In this document: one piece after another, positions 51,300 through 60,260 of the stretch
How the letters are laid out: every line of letters starts with the position of its first letter
How positions within the stretch are numbered: position 1 is the first letter of the stretch
NCBI GenBank assembly: GCA_963699425.1
Contig: CAVOTS010000003.1
Coordinates: 900,940-964,939, forward strand
DNA length: 64,000 bases
Direction of reading: 5' to 3'
From: an uncultured Solirubrobacteraceae bacterium
GTDB lineage: Bacteria; Actinomycetota; Thermoleophilia; Solirubrobacterales; Solirubrobacteraceae
Made by a program: the position numbers and the translations under genes
The notes under the pieces: generated by a model
Databases searched by the model: none
What the model was told of the DNA's origin: nothing
Seen by the model: only the letters and a program-made list of their open reading frames with translations

Positions 51300-52069
51300 G
51301 GCCGGCAGATCGCCACGAAGTCCAGCGCGCGGTCGAGGTTCGCCATGCCGAGCGGCCGCAGGCGGAAGTCGCGCACCGAGATCGACGGCGTGAAGCGCGC
51401 GTAGAAGCGCTCGCTGATCCCGAGCGCGCCGTGCACCGCGTCCCAGCCGCCGCGCAGCGCCAGCTCGTGGGCGCGCAGGCGCCGCGCGTGGAACAGGCCG
51501 AACATCTGGACCGAGCCGAAGTGCTCGCGGCAGAGCTGCTCGAACTCGGCGCTGCGGTACTCGTGCACGTGCCAGGGGTTGCCCGAGCGCTCGGCGCCCT
51601 TGGGCGCGAGCGTCAGGACGTTCGGCGTGGAGAGCCAGACGCGTCCGCGGGGCTCGACGAGCGAACGGAAGTGCTCGAGCGCGGCGCCGGGGTCCTCGAG
51701 GTGCTCGATCGTCTGCAGGAAGACGACATCGTCGGCGCTCTCGGCGAAGGTTTCGACGAGCGTGCGCTCGAAGCGCAGGTTCGCCCGCGTGTAGCGCAGA
51801 CGGGCATGCTCGTGTGCCTCCGGGTTGGCATCGACGCCGACGACGCTCGCCGCGCGTGCTGCGAGCACGTCGGAGCCGTAGCCCTCGCCGCAGGCCATGT
51901 CGACCACGCGCCGGCCCTCAAGCTGGGCGGCGATCCACTCGTAGACGACCAGATGACGGCGGTACCAGTAGTTCTCGGCGGGGACGTCGGGCAGCGTGCG
52001 CTCGCCGGTCAGCGCGAGCGGCGGCACTCCCGTGGGCTGGTGTTCTTGTTGGTAGACGGCTCCGGTCAT
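51296..52069 (-). CDS. SAM-dependent methyltransferase (Rv3030-like)
   Basis: LTGERTLPD..ENYWYRRH..VY, ACGEGYG, QTIEH, STPN, NPWH. Confidence 0.88.
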   Translation of the reverse strand: MTGAVYQQEHQPTGVPPLALTGERTLPDVPAENYWYRRHLVVYEWIAAQLEGRRVVDMACGEGYGSDVLAARAASVVGVDANPEAHEHARLRYTRANLRFERTLVETFAESADDVVFLQTIEHLEDPGAALEHFRSLVEPRGRVWLSTPNVLTLAPKGAERSGNPWHVHEYRSAEFEQLCREHFGSVQMFGLFHARRLRAHELALRGGWDAVHGALGISERFYARFTPSISVRDFRLRPLGMANLDRALDFVAICRP

Positions 52070-52121
52070 GGCTGCACGCCGTTACCGGCGCCCACGGCGG
52101 GCGAGTATAAGGTGGGAGGCC

Positions 52122-53030
52122 ATGGCGCCCATGCTGACCGCGCAGCAGATCCGCGAGGCGAACACCGCCTACCACGACGTCGCGGCCGAGCACTACGACT
52201 CCAAGTGGGGTATCGACTTCGGCCCGATCGGCCGCCAGCAGGTGCGCGCGAAGCTCGAGAAGGCGCTCGGCGCGCCGGCCCCGCGGTTCGAGCGCTCGCT
52301 CGAGATCGGCTCGGGCACCGGCTACTTCACGCTCAACCTGATGCTCGAGGGCCTGATCGGCCACGCGACGTGCAGCGACATCTCTCCCGGGATGCTCCAG
52401 ACGCTCGCCGCAAACGCCGCGCAGCTCGGCCTCGACGTCACGACGCAGGTCGCCGACGCGGAGCGCCTGCCGTTCGCCGACGAGAGCTTTGACCTGATCA
52501 TCGGCCATGCCGTGCTGCACCACATTCCCGACCTCGAGCGCGCGATGCTCGAATTCGACCGCGTGCTCGCGCCCGGCGGCACGCTCGTGTTCGCCGGCGA
52601 GCCCTCGCGCCACGGCGACCGTCTCGCCGGCGTGCCCAAGCGCGCCGCGAAAGCCGCGGCGCCCCTGTGGCGCGCGGCGCTGCGCGCCGGACGGGCGCCG
52701 GCGCCCGCGGGCGGCGAGCAGGAGGAGCGCCTCGAGCGCGTCGTCGACGTGCATGCCTTCGATCCCGCGACGCTGCGGGCCGCCGCGGCCCAGGCGGGCT
52801 TCACCGACGTGCGCGTCAGCGGCGAGGAGCTGCTCGCGAACTGGTTCGGCTGGACCAACCGCACGCTCGAGGCGACCGCGGACCCCGACGAGGTCCCGTG
52901 GCTGTGGCGCCAGTTCGCGTTCCGCGGCTACGTCGCGCTGCAGCGCGTTGACGGCACGCTGCTCGAGGGCCATCTGCCGCCCGCGATCTTCTACAACCTG
53001 CTCGTCAGCGCCCACAAGGCCCCGGAGTAG
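52122..53030 (+). CDS. SAM-dependent methyltransferase (Rv3038c-like)
   Basis: YHD..AEHYDSKWGI, EIGSGTG, GHAVLHHIPD, FAGEP, FYN. Confidence 0.85.
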   Translation: MAPMLTAQQIREANTAYHDVAAEHYDSKWGIDFGPIGRQQVRAKLEKALGAPAPRFERSLEIGSGTGYFTLNLMLEGLIGHATCSDISPGMLQTLAANAAQLGLDVTTQVADAERLPFADESFDLIIGHAVLHHIPDLERAMLEFDRVLAPGGTLVFAGEPSRHGDRLAGVPKRAAKAAAPLWRAALRAGRAPAPAGGEQEERLERVVDVHAFDPATLRAAAAQAGFTDVRVSGEELLANWFGWTNRTLEATADPDEVPWLWRQFAFRGYVALQRVDGTLLEGHLPPAIFYNLLVSAHKAPE

Positions 53031-53034
53031 CGCG

Positions 53035-53673
53035 ATGCCGAGCCCCCCGATCCACGACTTTCCGCTCTTCCCGCTCGGGATCGTCGCGCTGCCCGGCGAG
53101 CGTGTGCCGCTGCATATCTTCGAGGAGCGCTACAAGAGCCTGATCGCCCACTGCCTGGAGTTCGAACCGGGCGACCAGGGCCGCAGCTTCGGGATCCTCT
53201 GGCTCTCCGAGGATGAGCTCAAGCACGTCGGCTGCTCCTGTGAGGTCGAGCAGGTACTCGAGCAGATGGACGACGGACGCCTGAACATCCTCACGCGCGG
53301 GATGCGCGCGCTGCGCCTGATCGAGCGCCGAGACGACCGCGAGTTCCCCTCGGGGATCGTCGAATTCCTCGACGACGAAGGCGAGCAGGACGAGGCCGCA
53401 GGCGAGCGCGCACGCGACCTCTACCGCGACCTGGTGCTCAAGGCGACCGAGCGCAAGATCGACGCCGAGGAGCTCGCGGACATGGATGCCTACGAGATCG
53501 CCGGGACGATCGAGTTCCCGGTCGCCGAGAAGCAGCAGCTACTGGAACTGCGCAGCGAGGGCGCGCGGATGCGCCTGCTGTGCGCGATGCTCACCGAGGC
53601 CATCAAACGTCTCTCGCTCGCCGACATCGCGGAGGTCCGTGCCCGCTCGAACGGGCACGTCTGGTACGGCTAG
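53035..53673 (+). CDS. Lon N-terminal substrate-binding domain protein
   Basis: PLFPL..LPGERVPLHIFEERY, DDGRLNI, EKQQLLE. Confidence 0.88.
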   Translation: MPSPPIHDFPLFPLGIVALPGERVPLHIFEERYKSLIAHCLEFEPGDQGRSFGILWLSEDELKHVGCSCEVEQVLEQMDDGRLNILTRGMRALRLIERRDDREFPSGIVEFLDDEGEQDEAAGERARDLYRDLVLKATERKIDAEELADMDAYEIAGTIEFPVAEKQQLLELRSEGARMRLLCAMLTEAIKRLSLADIAEVRARSNGHVWYG

Positions 53674-55133
53674 CCGGCCTGGACGGCCCCGCCGCGGCGC
53701 GGGTCCCCGGCGCCTTCGAGCCCCCCGCCGGGGCGCCTGAGCACGGCCTGCACGCCGCCGAAGAAGAGGTTCGGCGCCGAGAACAGGACGGTCGGTAGGT
53801 CGAGCTCGTCGGCCTCGATCCCCGGCTCGACGAACAGCGTCCCGTCCTCGAAGTGCACGCGCGGCGCATCGACGGCGTCCTGCGCGCCGAGACCGCGGTC
53901 GACGACCGCGACGATCACCTGCAGCAGCGCAGAGCGGATCCGGTTCGAGCCCGCGCTGCCGAGCACCAGCTCGACCTTGCCGTCGCGCAGCAGCACCGAG
54001 GGGGCCATCATGCTCGGCAGTCGCACGCCAGCCGGGTGGCGGTGGAAGCCGTGCGGGTTCAGGTCCTCCTCGCCCATCATGTTGTTCACGTGGATCCCCG
54101 TGCCGGGGACCACCACGCCGGACCCCTCGCCGTTCGTGCTGGTCACGCTGCAGGCCATCCCCGCGGCGTCGAGCACGGAGATGTGGGTCGTGGAGCCCAG
54201 GCGGGCGGCGAGGAACTCCTCGGCGAACCCGACGCGGCCGAGCCCCTGAACGAACTCTTCGGTGCGCTCGCCCTGCGCGGCCTGCATCGCGCCGACGATC
54301 TGCGCCAGCGTCGGATGGCCCGGCTCGCGCTCGAGCAACGCCAGCGCGTAGGCAAGCAGCAGGCCGCCCGCCGACGGCGGCGGGTTCGTGTAGAAGTCGC
54401 GTCCGCGATAGGCGACGTGGACCGGTCGCCGCTCGACGGCGCTGTAGTCGGCCATGTCCTCGCGCGTCAGCGAGCCGCCGCGCGCGTAGACCCAGTCGGC
54501 GATCGCCGTCCCCAGCTCGCCGGTGTAGAAGGGCTCCGCGCCGCGGGCGGCGAGAAGCGCGATCGAGTCGGCGAGCCCGGGGCAGTGGATCAGGTCACCC
54601 TCGCGCAGCACCCGACCATCGGGAGCCCAGATCTCGGCGCACTCGGGTGTCTCGGCGAGCAACCCCTCGAGGATCTTCGCGACGTACGCCTGCTGCGCGT
54701 TGAGCTGCACGCCCTCCCGCGCGAGGCGCTCGCCCTCGGCGCAGATCGTCGCGAGCGGGAGCGTCGCCCAGCGCTCGGCGGCCGCGAGCACCCCCGCCGC
54801 CATGCCCGGGACGGCGCACGACGCGGGGCCGCCGTTGAAGGTCTGCACTGCGTCGCCGAACGACACTTCGACGGCGTCGAGTGCGGCCGCGCCCTCGAGC
54901 CGCAGGCTCGGAGTGCGCACGAAAAAGTCCAGCAGCACCGGTTCGCTGCCCGGCTCGGCGACCAGCATGTAGCCGCCGGCGCCCAGTCCGGTCAGCAGCG
55001 GCTCGGTCGCAAACGACGCGATCAGCGCGCCGAGCGCGGCGTCGACAGCGTTGCCGCCGGCGCGCAGCAGGTGTGCTCCGGCGGCTGCCGTCAGCGGGTG
55101 ACCGGCCGTTACTACGCCGTCGCTCTGCGGCAT
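53670..55133 (-). CDS. ggt: Gamma-glutamyltransferase
   Basis: GGNAVDAA, TGLGAGG, PPPSAGG, nucleophile STTHISV, SMMAPS, GDPRRGG. Confidence 0.9.
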   Translation of the reverse strand: MPQSDGVVTAGHPLTAAAGAHLLRAGGNAVDAALGALIASFATEPLLTGLGAGGYMLVAEPGSEPVLLDFFVRTPSLRLEGAAALDAVEVSFGDAVQTFNGGPASCAVPGMAAGVLAAAERWATLPLATICAEGERLAREGVQLNAQQAYVAKILEGLLAETPECAEIWAPDGRVLREGDLIHCPGLADSIALLAARGAEPFYTGELGTAIADWVYARGGSLTREDMADYSAVERRPVHVAYRGRDFYTNPPPSAGGLLLAYALALLEREPGHPTLAQIVGAMQAAQGERTEEFVQGLGRVGFAEEFLAARLGSTTHISVLDAAGMACSVTSTNGEGSGVVVPGTGIHVNNMMGEEDLNPHGFHRHPAGVRLPSMMAPSVLLRDGKVELVLGSAGSNRIRSALLQVIVAVVDRGLGAQDAVDAPRVHFEDGTLFVEPGIEADELDLPTVLFSAPNLFFGGVQAVLRRPGGGLEGAGDPRRGGAVQAG

Positions 55134-55161
55134 CGCCGCGCCACCAGGCGCCCGCGGGCCC

Positions 55162-56436
55162 TCAGCGGCCGGGCAGGAACTCCGGGACGTCGAGATCGCC
55201 GCCGCGACCCAGCGGTGCGGGGGCGCTGCGCTTGACGCGCACCTCGCCGGCGCCCTCGATTCGCGAGAGGCTCTTGCGCCGGCCGCGGTCGCCGTAACCG
55301 GTCGCCACGACCGTCACCCAGACCTGCTCGCCGAGCTTCTCGTCGACGGTCGCTCCGAAGATGATGTTCGCATCGGGGTGTGCGGCCGCGGAGACCGCCT
55401 TCGCGGCCTCGTTGACCTCCCACAGCGAGAGGTCGGTGCCGCCCGTGATCGAGAGCAGGATCGAGCGCGCGCCCTCCATCGAGGTTTCGAGCAGCGGGGA
55501 GTCGACGGCCTGCATCGCGGCGTCGCCGGCGCGATGCTCGCCCGTCCCGATGCCGATCCCGAGCAGCGCCGGTCCGGCTTCGCTCATGATCGTGCGCACG
55601 TCTGCGAAGTCGAGGTTGATCAGGCCGGGGAGCGTGATCAGGTCGGAGATTCCCTGGACGCCCTGGCGCAGCACGTCGTCGGCGACGCGGAATGCCTCGA
55701 CCATCGAGGTCTGCTTGTCCAGCACGGCGAGCAGCCGCTCGTTGGGGACGACGATCAGGGTGTCGACCTCCTGGCCGAGCGTGTCGATGCCCTGCTGCGC
55801 GGACTCGGCGCGTCGTTTGCCCTCGAATGCGAACGGCGTCGTGACGATGCCGACGGTCAGCGCGCCGAGCTCGCGCGCGACCCGCGCGACGATCGGTGCA
55901 GCGCCGGTGCCGGTGCCGCCGCCCGCACCGGCGGTCACGAAGACCATGTCCGAGCCCTTCAGGGCGTCCTTGACGCGGTCGAAGTCGTCGATCGCGGACT
56001 GGCGCCCGACGCTCGGGTCCGAGCCGGAGCCGCGGCCGTGGGTGAGGTGCTGGCCGATCGCGAGCGTGAGGTCGGCGCCCGACTGCTGCAGCGACTGCAG
56101 GTCGGTGTTGACGGCGAGGAAGTCGACGCCGACGACCTCCGCCTCGATCATCCGGTCGACGGCGTTCGTGCCGGCACCGCCGACGCCGACGACGCGCAGA
56201 ACCGGACCCCCGGCCTTGGGGGTCATCGTGCCGCCGTTGCGTTCGAGCTCGAGTTGGCCGGCGCGGGTCGCGGGGTCGCGGCGGGGGTCGCCGGCGAAGG
56301 CGTCGCGCAGGCGCTCGGCGGGCGTCGCGTGCGAGCCCTCCTCGGCCGGCGGCTCGTTCTTCTTCTTGGGTTCAGTGCGCGCGAACAGCGCGGCCAGGGG
56401 GCCTTCCCGCATGCTCGCCCGCTTGTCACTTGCCAT
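55162..56436 (-). CDS. ftsZ: Cell division protein FtsZ with a long N-terminal extension
   Basis: VVGVGGAGTNAV, NTDLQSL, GGGTGTG, PFAFEG, INLDFADV, C-terminal DLDVPEFL. Confidence 0.96.
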   Translation of the reverse strand: MASDKRASMREGPLAALFARTEPKKKNEPPAEEGSHATPAERLRDAFAGDPRRDPATRAGQLELERNGGTMTPKAGGPVLRVVGVGGAGTNAVDRMIEAEVVGVDFLAVNTDLQSLQQSGADLTLAIGQHLTHGRGSGSDPSVGRQSAIDDFDRVKDALKGSDMVFVTAGAGGGTGTGAAPIVARVARELGALTVGIVTTPFAFEGKRRAESAQQGIDTLGQEVDTLIVVPNERLLAVLDKQTSMVEAFRVADDVLRQGVQGISDLITLPGLINLDFADVRTIMSEAGPALLGIGIGTGEHRAGDAAMQAVDSPLLETSMEGARSILLSITGGTDLSLWEVNEAAKAVSAAAHPDANIIFGATVDEKLGEQVWVTVVATGYGDRGRRKSLSRIEGAGEVRVKRSAPAPLGRGGDLDVPEFLPGR

Positions 56437-57190
56437 GGCTCAAGACCTCCTGCGCGAGTTGGCGGTACGACTGGGCCGCGACGCCGTCCGGGTCGTAGCG
56501 GAGCACCGACATGCCCTTCACGGGCGCCTCGGCGAACCTGATCGTCTTGCGGATCCGCGAAGCGAAGACGCGATCACCGAAGTTCTCTTCGAGCAGCTCG
56601 AGGGCCTCTTTCGCGTGAATCGTCCGGGAGTCGACGAGCGTTGGCAGGATGCCCTCGATGTCGACGTCGGGGTTGAGGTTCTCACGGATCATCTGGAGGG
56701 TGTTCTGCAGCTGCAGCAGGCCGCGCATCGACAGATACTCGCACTGGACGGGGACGATCACCTTGTCGGCTGCGGTCAGGGCGTTGATCGTCAGCAGCCC
56801 GAGGCTCGGGGGCGTGTCGATGCAGACAAAGTCGTAGTCCCCGGCGACCTCGGAAAGCGCGCGCTGCAGGGCGCGCTCGCGCCCGATCTGGGTCGACATC
56901 GCGATCTCCGCGCCGGCGAGATCGATCGACGAGCAGGCGATGTCGACCTCGCGGTCGCGGATCACCTCGCGGATCGAGGTGCGGTGCACGAGCACGTCAA
57001 ACATCGATTTGTCGACGGTGTCGGGGTCGATGCCCTGCGACATCGTCAGGTTGCCCTGCGGATCCATGTCGACGCACAGCACGCGGTGGCCCTCCTCGGC
57101 CAGCGCCGCCGCGAGATTCAGCGTCGTCGTCGTCTTTGCCACGCCGCCCTTCTGGTTGGCGAAAGCGATCACCTTTGCCTTGCCGGTCAC
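56426..57190 (-). CDS. parA: Soj/ParA-family ATPase
   Basis: NQKGGVAKTTT, DMDPQGN, IDTPPSLG, PVQCEY, RFAEAP. Confidence 0.93.
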   Translation of the reverse strand: MTGKAKVIAFANQKGGVAKTTTTLNLAAALAEEGHRVLCVDMDPQGNLTMSQGIDPDTVDKSMFDVLVHRTSIREVIRDREVDIACSSIDLAGAEIAMSTQIGRERALQRALSEVAGDYDFVCIDTPPSLGLLTINALTAADKVIVPVQCEYLSMRGLLQLQNTLQMIRENLNPDVDIEGILPTLVDSRTIHAKEALELLEENFGDRVFASRIRKTIRFAEAPVKGMSVLRYDPDGVAAQSYRQLAQEVLSHGK

Positions 57191-57306
57191 TTTGTCTCCG
57201 CTGGTTGCATGTTGGCGGGCGGGTCCCAGGACGATTCCCGGGACGGTCACGGGAGCGATATTCGGATGGACGGCCCCGATTCCTGCCACCGGGCTAGGAT
57301 CGGCCG

Positions 57307-58410
57307 GTGAGCGGCCCGCCCCCGATCGCCGAGCGGCTGTACGGCAAGGAAGTCGTGATCTGCGTCGGTTCGGGCGGCGTCGGCAAGACAACGACCTCTG
57401 CGGCGCTCGCGCTCGCGCTCGCGCGCCGCGGCCGCCGGGTCTGCGTTGTGACGATCGATCCGGCGCGCCGGCTGGCAACCGCGCTCGGACTCGACGAGCT
57501 CTCCAACGAGCCGCATCGGATCGACGGCGCGGTGCAGGGCGACGGCGAGCTGTGGGCGATGATGCTCGACGCCAAGCGCACCTTCGACGAAGTGATCACG
57601 CGCCTCGAGGAAGATCCCGTGCGGCGCGAGGAAATCCTTGCCAATCCGATCTACCGCGAGCTGTCGGGCGCGATCGCCGGCTCCCACGAGCTGAGCGCGA
57701 TCGTCAAGCTCTACGAACTGCACGAGGAGCATTCGTTCGACGTCGTCGTGCTGGACACGCCGCCCTCGCGCAATGCGCTGGACTTCCTCGAGGCGCCCCA
57801 GAGGCTGCTCGGTTTCCTTGAAGGCCGCGCGCTGCAGGTGTTCCTCTCCCCCGGCGGCCTGACCACCCGGCTGTTCGGCCGCGGCTCGGCACTCGTCTTC
57901 TCGGTCTTCGCGCGCGTCACCGGCGTCGACCTGCTCGGCGACCTGTCGGTCTTCTTCGGCTCGATGTCCGGTGTGCTCGACGGCTTCAGCGAACGCACCA
58001 AGCGCGTTGCGGCCCTGCTGCGCGAAAGCGGCACCGCCTTCGTGATCGTCACCTCGCCCGAGCACGAACCCGCACGCGAGGCGCGGTTTCTCGCCGAGCG
58101 GCTCGAGCAGGCCGGGATGCGCACCGCGGAGCTGGTCGTCAACCGCGTCCAGCAGCCGGCGCTCGTGGGAATCGACCGCGAGGAGCTCGAGCGGGCGCTC
58201 GGAGCGGAGCTGGACGGCGAGCTCGCAGCGCGAATCGCCCGCGCCGCCGCTTCGATCGACCTGCTGGCGCGGCGCGACGCGCGCAGCCTCGAACACCTCG
58301 CCGACGAGCTCGATCAGCCCTCGCCGGTCGTCGTGCCCCAGCTAACCGAGGAGATCCAGGATCTCGGGGGACTCGCCCGGGTCGCCGACGTCCTCGAGAC
58401 CGCCGGCTGA
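57307..58410 (+). CDS. ArsA/Get3-family ATPase (actinobacterial Rv3680-like)
   Basis: VGSGGVGKTT, TIDPARRLA, LDTPPSRNALDFL. Confidence 0.88.
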   Translation: MSGPPPIAERLYGKEVVICVGSGGVGKTTTSAALALALARRGRRVCVVTIDPARRLATALGLDELSNEPHRIDGAVQGDGELWAMMLDAKRTFDEVITRLEEDPVRREEILANPIYRELSGAIAGSHELSAIVKLYELHEEHSFDVVVLDTPPSRNALDFLEAPQRLLGFLEGRALQVFLSPGGLTTRLFGRGSALVFSVFARVTGVDLLGDLSVFFGSMSGVLDGFSERTKRVAALLRESGTAFVIVTSPEHEPAREARFLAERLEQAGMRTAELVVNRVQQPALVGIDREELERALGAELDGELAARIARAAASIDLLARRDARSLEHLADELDQPSPVVVPQLTEEIQDLGGLARVADVLETAG

Positions 58411-59841
58411 CCGCCGCCCGCGCCGCGCGATGATCGCGCTCTCCGCGCCGGGCTCCGGCGCGGCCATGTCGACCTCGTCGTAATAGTCGACGTAGTAGTC
58501 CTCGGCCGGCTCGGCGTATAGCTCTTCGGCGACCGACTCGAGCTCGCGCGGGATCTCGTGCAGGGCAGCCGGCGTCGCGGCGACAGGAGCGGCGGCCGCC
58601 TGCGGGGCAACCGGCACCTGACCGGTGCGGAGCGCCTCGTCGGCGAGGATTTCGTCGGCCAGCGCAACGAGGTCGCTGTCGAGGTGCCCGCAGACCACGT
58701 CGCGAAGCAGTGCGCGCAGGTTCGCAGCGATCTCGCGCGTGACGCGCAGCGCGTTGGCGCGGTCAACCGCGCCGCCCTCGATGACCGTCAGCTCGAGCGC
58801 GGCGGCTTCGCGCGCCGTGGCCGCGGCGCTCTCGCGTGCGTCCCCGTCCGCACAGAGCGCCGCCAGGCGCGGCGCGAGCAGCCCGCTGGTGGGCCCCTCC
58901 GGCTCGAGCAGCGCGCGCAGCGCGAGCAGGTGGTCCGAGAGCGCTTCCCCGGCGCGTTCGCGGTCACAGCCGAGTTCGAAGCGGCGCAGCGCCCAGGCGG
59001 CCCGTTCGCCGTGCGGACTGCGGCGTGCGACGAGCGAGCAGAAGACTCGCAGCTCCTCCTCCTGGCCGGCCGCCACGACGAGCATCCCGTGGGGCCGCCC
59101 GCCGCCGCCGAGCGCGACGGGTAGCCATGCGCCGGCGGCTCGACGCTGCCAGCCGAGCGCGCCGAGCGTCACGCGCCCGTCACCGAACAGGCGCAGCGCG
59201 CGCAGCAGCTCATGGAGCAGCGTCGATGCCCGATCGCTGTCCTCGTCGGTCGAGAGGACAACGACGAGATGCGGCTCGGCGTGCGGTTCGCGAACTGCTG
59301 CCGGCAGGTCATCGAGCAGCTCGGGCTGTGCGATGCGCAGCCCCGGGACGAGCGACAACTCGCCGCAGGCGATCGCCATGCCGTGCAGCGTCGCGACGAG
59401 TGTCAGCTCACCGGCGCCGTCGGCGGCGGCCCGCTCGAGCGTCGCGAGCGCGCGCTCGAGCCTGTCGGCGTAGAGCTGGAAGTCGGACTGTTCCTCGAAG
59501 ACGTCGCAGAGCAGCGCGAGCAGCGCAGCCCCGGCGGGGCCGCCCGGAGCAGCCTGGCCGGCGCCGCCTGCCGCGAGGTAGCCGTCGAGCCCTTCGAAGG
59601 ACGCGAGCGCGTCGCGGGCCGGCCCGAAAGCCGGCAGCGCCGCGAGTTCGCCGGCCCGTTCACGGATGAACGCCGAGGTCAGGGGCCGATAGCTGAACAG
59701 CGAGGGCCCCGTCGGTCCGGTGCGGGCGCCCTGCTCGAGGTCGAACGGCACCTCGGCACCGGCGAGCACCTCGTTTTGCAGATGCGCCGCCGCCGACTCG
59801 GCGAAGGCGGTCAGGGTTGTCTCGAGTTGCAGTGATCGCAT
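58342..59841 (-). CDS. Hypothetical protein with an Apea-like HEPN-type C-terminal region
   Basis: 499-aa ORF; ALRRFELG..ALSDHLLALRALL..LAPRLAAL; acidic tail. Confidence 0.65.
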   Translation of the reverse strand: MRSLQLETTLTAFAESAAAHLQNEVLAGAEVPFDLEQGARTGPTGPSLFSYRPLTSAFIRERAGELAALPAFGPARDALASFEGLDGYLAAGGAGQAAPGGPAGAALLALLCDVFEEQSDFQLYADRLERALATLERAAADGAGELTLVATLHGMAIACGELSLVPGLRIAQPELLDDLPAAVREPHAEPHLVVVLSTDEDSDRASTLLHELLRALRLFGDGRVTLGALGWQRRAAGAWLPVALGGGGRPHGMLVVAAGQEEELRVFCSLVARRSPHGERAAWALRRFELGCDRERAGEALSDHLLALRALLEPEGPTSGLLAPRLAALCADGDARESAAATAREAAALELTVIEGGAVDRANALRVTREIAANLRALLRDVVCGHLDSDLVALADEILADEALRTGQVPVAPQAAAAPVAATPAALHEIPRELESVAEELYAEPAEDYYVDYYDEVDMAAPEPGAESAIIARRGRRSAGGLEDVGDPGESPEILDLLG

Positions 59842-59895
59842 GCGGGCTTGATTCGCGCCCGCACCGTCCCCCTCCTGCCTTCTGCAGGCTTGCTG

Positions 59896-60222
59896 TCAGG
59901 CGAGCAGCGCGGCGGGAGCGCCGAGCCACTCTTCGCCGTAGGAGCGCATCACGTCGATGATCGGCACCAGCGCGAGGCCCTTTTCGGTCAGCGCATACTC
60001 GACGCGCGGCGGCACCTCGGCGAACGTGCGGCGCTCGACAATGCCCTCGACCTCGAGCGCCCGCAGGCGCAGCGAAAGGGTTCGCGGGGAGATCCCGTCG
60101 AGCGAGCGTTCGAGCTCGCAGAAGCGGCTCTGCCCCTCCGAGAGCTCGCGAACCAGCAGCAGCGTCCACTTGCCGCAGACGATGTCAGCGGTGCGACAGA
60201 CGGGACAGCTCTCATCGACCAT
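59896..60222 (-). CDS. HxlR-family winged-helix regulator
   Basis: CPV..GKWTLLL..RFCEL..GISPRTLS.RL..PPRVEYALTEKG. Confidence 0.93.
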   Translation of the reverse strand: MVDESCPVCRTADIVCGKWTLLLVRELSEGQSRFCELERSLDGISPRTLSLRLRALEVEGIVERRTFAEVPPRVEYALTEKGLALVPIIDVMRSYGEEWLGAPAALLA

Positions 60223-60224
60223 GC

Positions 60225-60244
60225 CTTCACTTTACCAAGTGAAG
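60225..60244. promoter_or_regulatory. Probable HxlR autoregulatory operator over the -10 box
   Basis: Perfect CTTCACTT-tacc-AAGTGAAG containing the minus-strand TAAAGT 6 nt before the ATG. Confidence 0.7.
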
Positions 60245-60260
60245 TGTTGGGCCCCCGGGC

